Assembly: GCA_964188305.1 (NCBI GenBank)
Contig: OZ076890.1
Reading direction: 5' to 3' (one strand)
Source: Podarcis bocagei
Taxonomy: Eukaryota
Length of the DNA stretch: 64,000 nt
The translations under genes were made by a program, and so were the position numbers. Positions 63,672-64,000 of this stretch are shown piece by piece (within the stretch, counting starts at the first letter, position 1; every line of letters begins with the position of its first letter). Under the pieces are notes generated by a model. That model was not told where the DNA came from, did not search any database, and was given only the letters and a program-made list of their open reading frames with translations.

Positions 63672-63772
63672 CTGTAGAGTGATTTCAGTTTTACATATCT
63701 GAAGAGCCAATTTCTCTGCCGTTTTCCTCTGGTCCTGGAGATTCTCTGAGGATGCTGTCCAAGAAGTATCAT
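63672..63772 (-). other. Candidate exon (A, 101 nt), coding or UTR
   Basis: Acceptor gttctgatttgataCAG, donor CAG/GTAATA; two frames open. Confidence 0.3.
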
Positions 63773-63951
63773 CTGTATCAAATCAGAACATCAAGGACAT
63801 AGGTGGAGGCATTCTCGATCTTGGCTGTCAGTAAATCTCAGTCTTGGAAACAATGCAAAACTTCTCCTGTTTAAGACTTGCTTATAGTGACCAACAGTAA
63901 AAAGAGAATTAATGTTAACGTTTCTGATTTTCGTACCATTGCCCTTGTGAA

Positions 63952-64000
63952 CATAGGCGTCGACTCCATGGGGCCTGAGGGGGCCCGAGCCCCCTCAAAA
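63952..64000. mobile_element. Start of a second copy of the 7431-7892 hAT MITE, inverted and truncated by the window edge
   Basis: CATAGGCGTCGACTCCATGGGGCCTGAGGGGGCCCGAGCCCCCTCAAAA matches the reverse complement of 7844-7892. Confidence 0.85.

Overview
Eukaryotic genomic DNA from a squamate, most likely a lacertid lizard. The evidence is Sauria SINEs, Squam3-type SINEs, a tRNA-Lys-headed SINE with a CR1-like tail, and Bov-B. The window is about 42% GC by eye, mostly intronic or intergenic, with one 152-N gap. It is dominated by transposons: Tigger-like and Tc2-like MITEs (TA target-site duplications, TSD), hAT MITEs (8-bp TSD), CR1/L2/RTE/L1 fragments, solo LTRs with 5-bp TSDs and a Penelope fragment. 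Most ORFs in the supplied track are TE-derived or random, and I cannot name any gene. There is tentative splice-signal evidence for two convergent transcription units near the right end: a plus-strand terminal exon at about 57.4 kb and a phase-consistent minus-strand exon chain at 61.3-63.8 kb. The most unusual structures are (1) a Tc2-like MITE whose interior has expanded into a tandem array of ~89-bp GC-rich hairpins with co-varying arms, (2) a hAT MITE carrying an exact IgH-type heptamer-octamer plus a KLF/CCAAT hairpin, (3) a minimal Penelope hammerhead ribozyme core, and (4) a composite TIR element that has captured an L2 3' end. Family names are from recognition of motifs, not from database searches, and coordinates were counted by hand.
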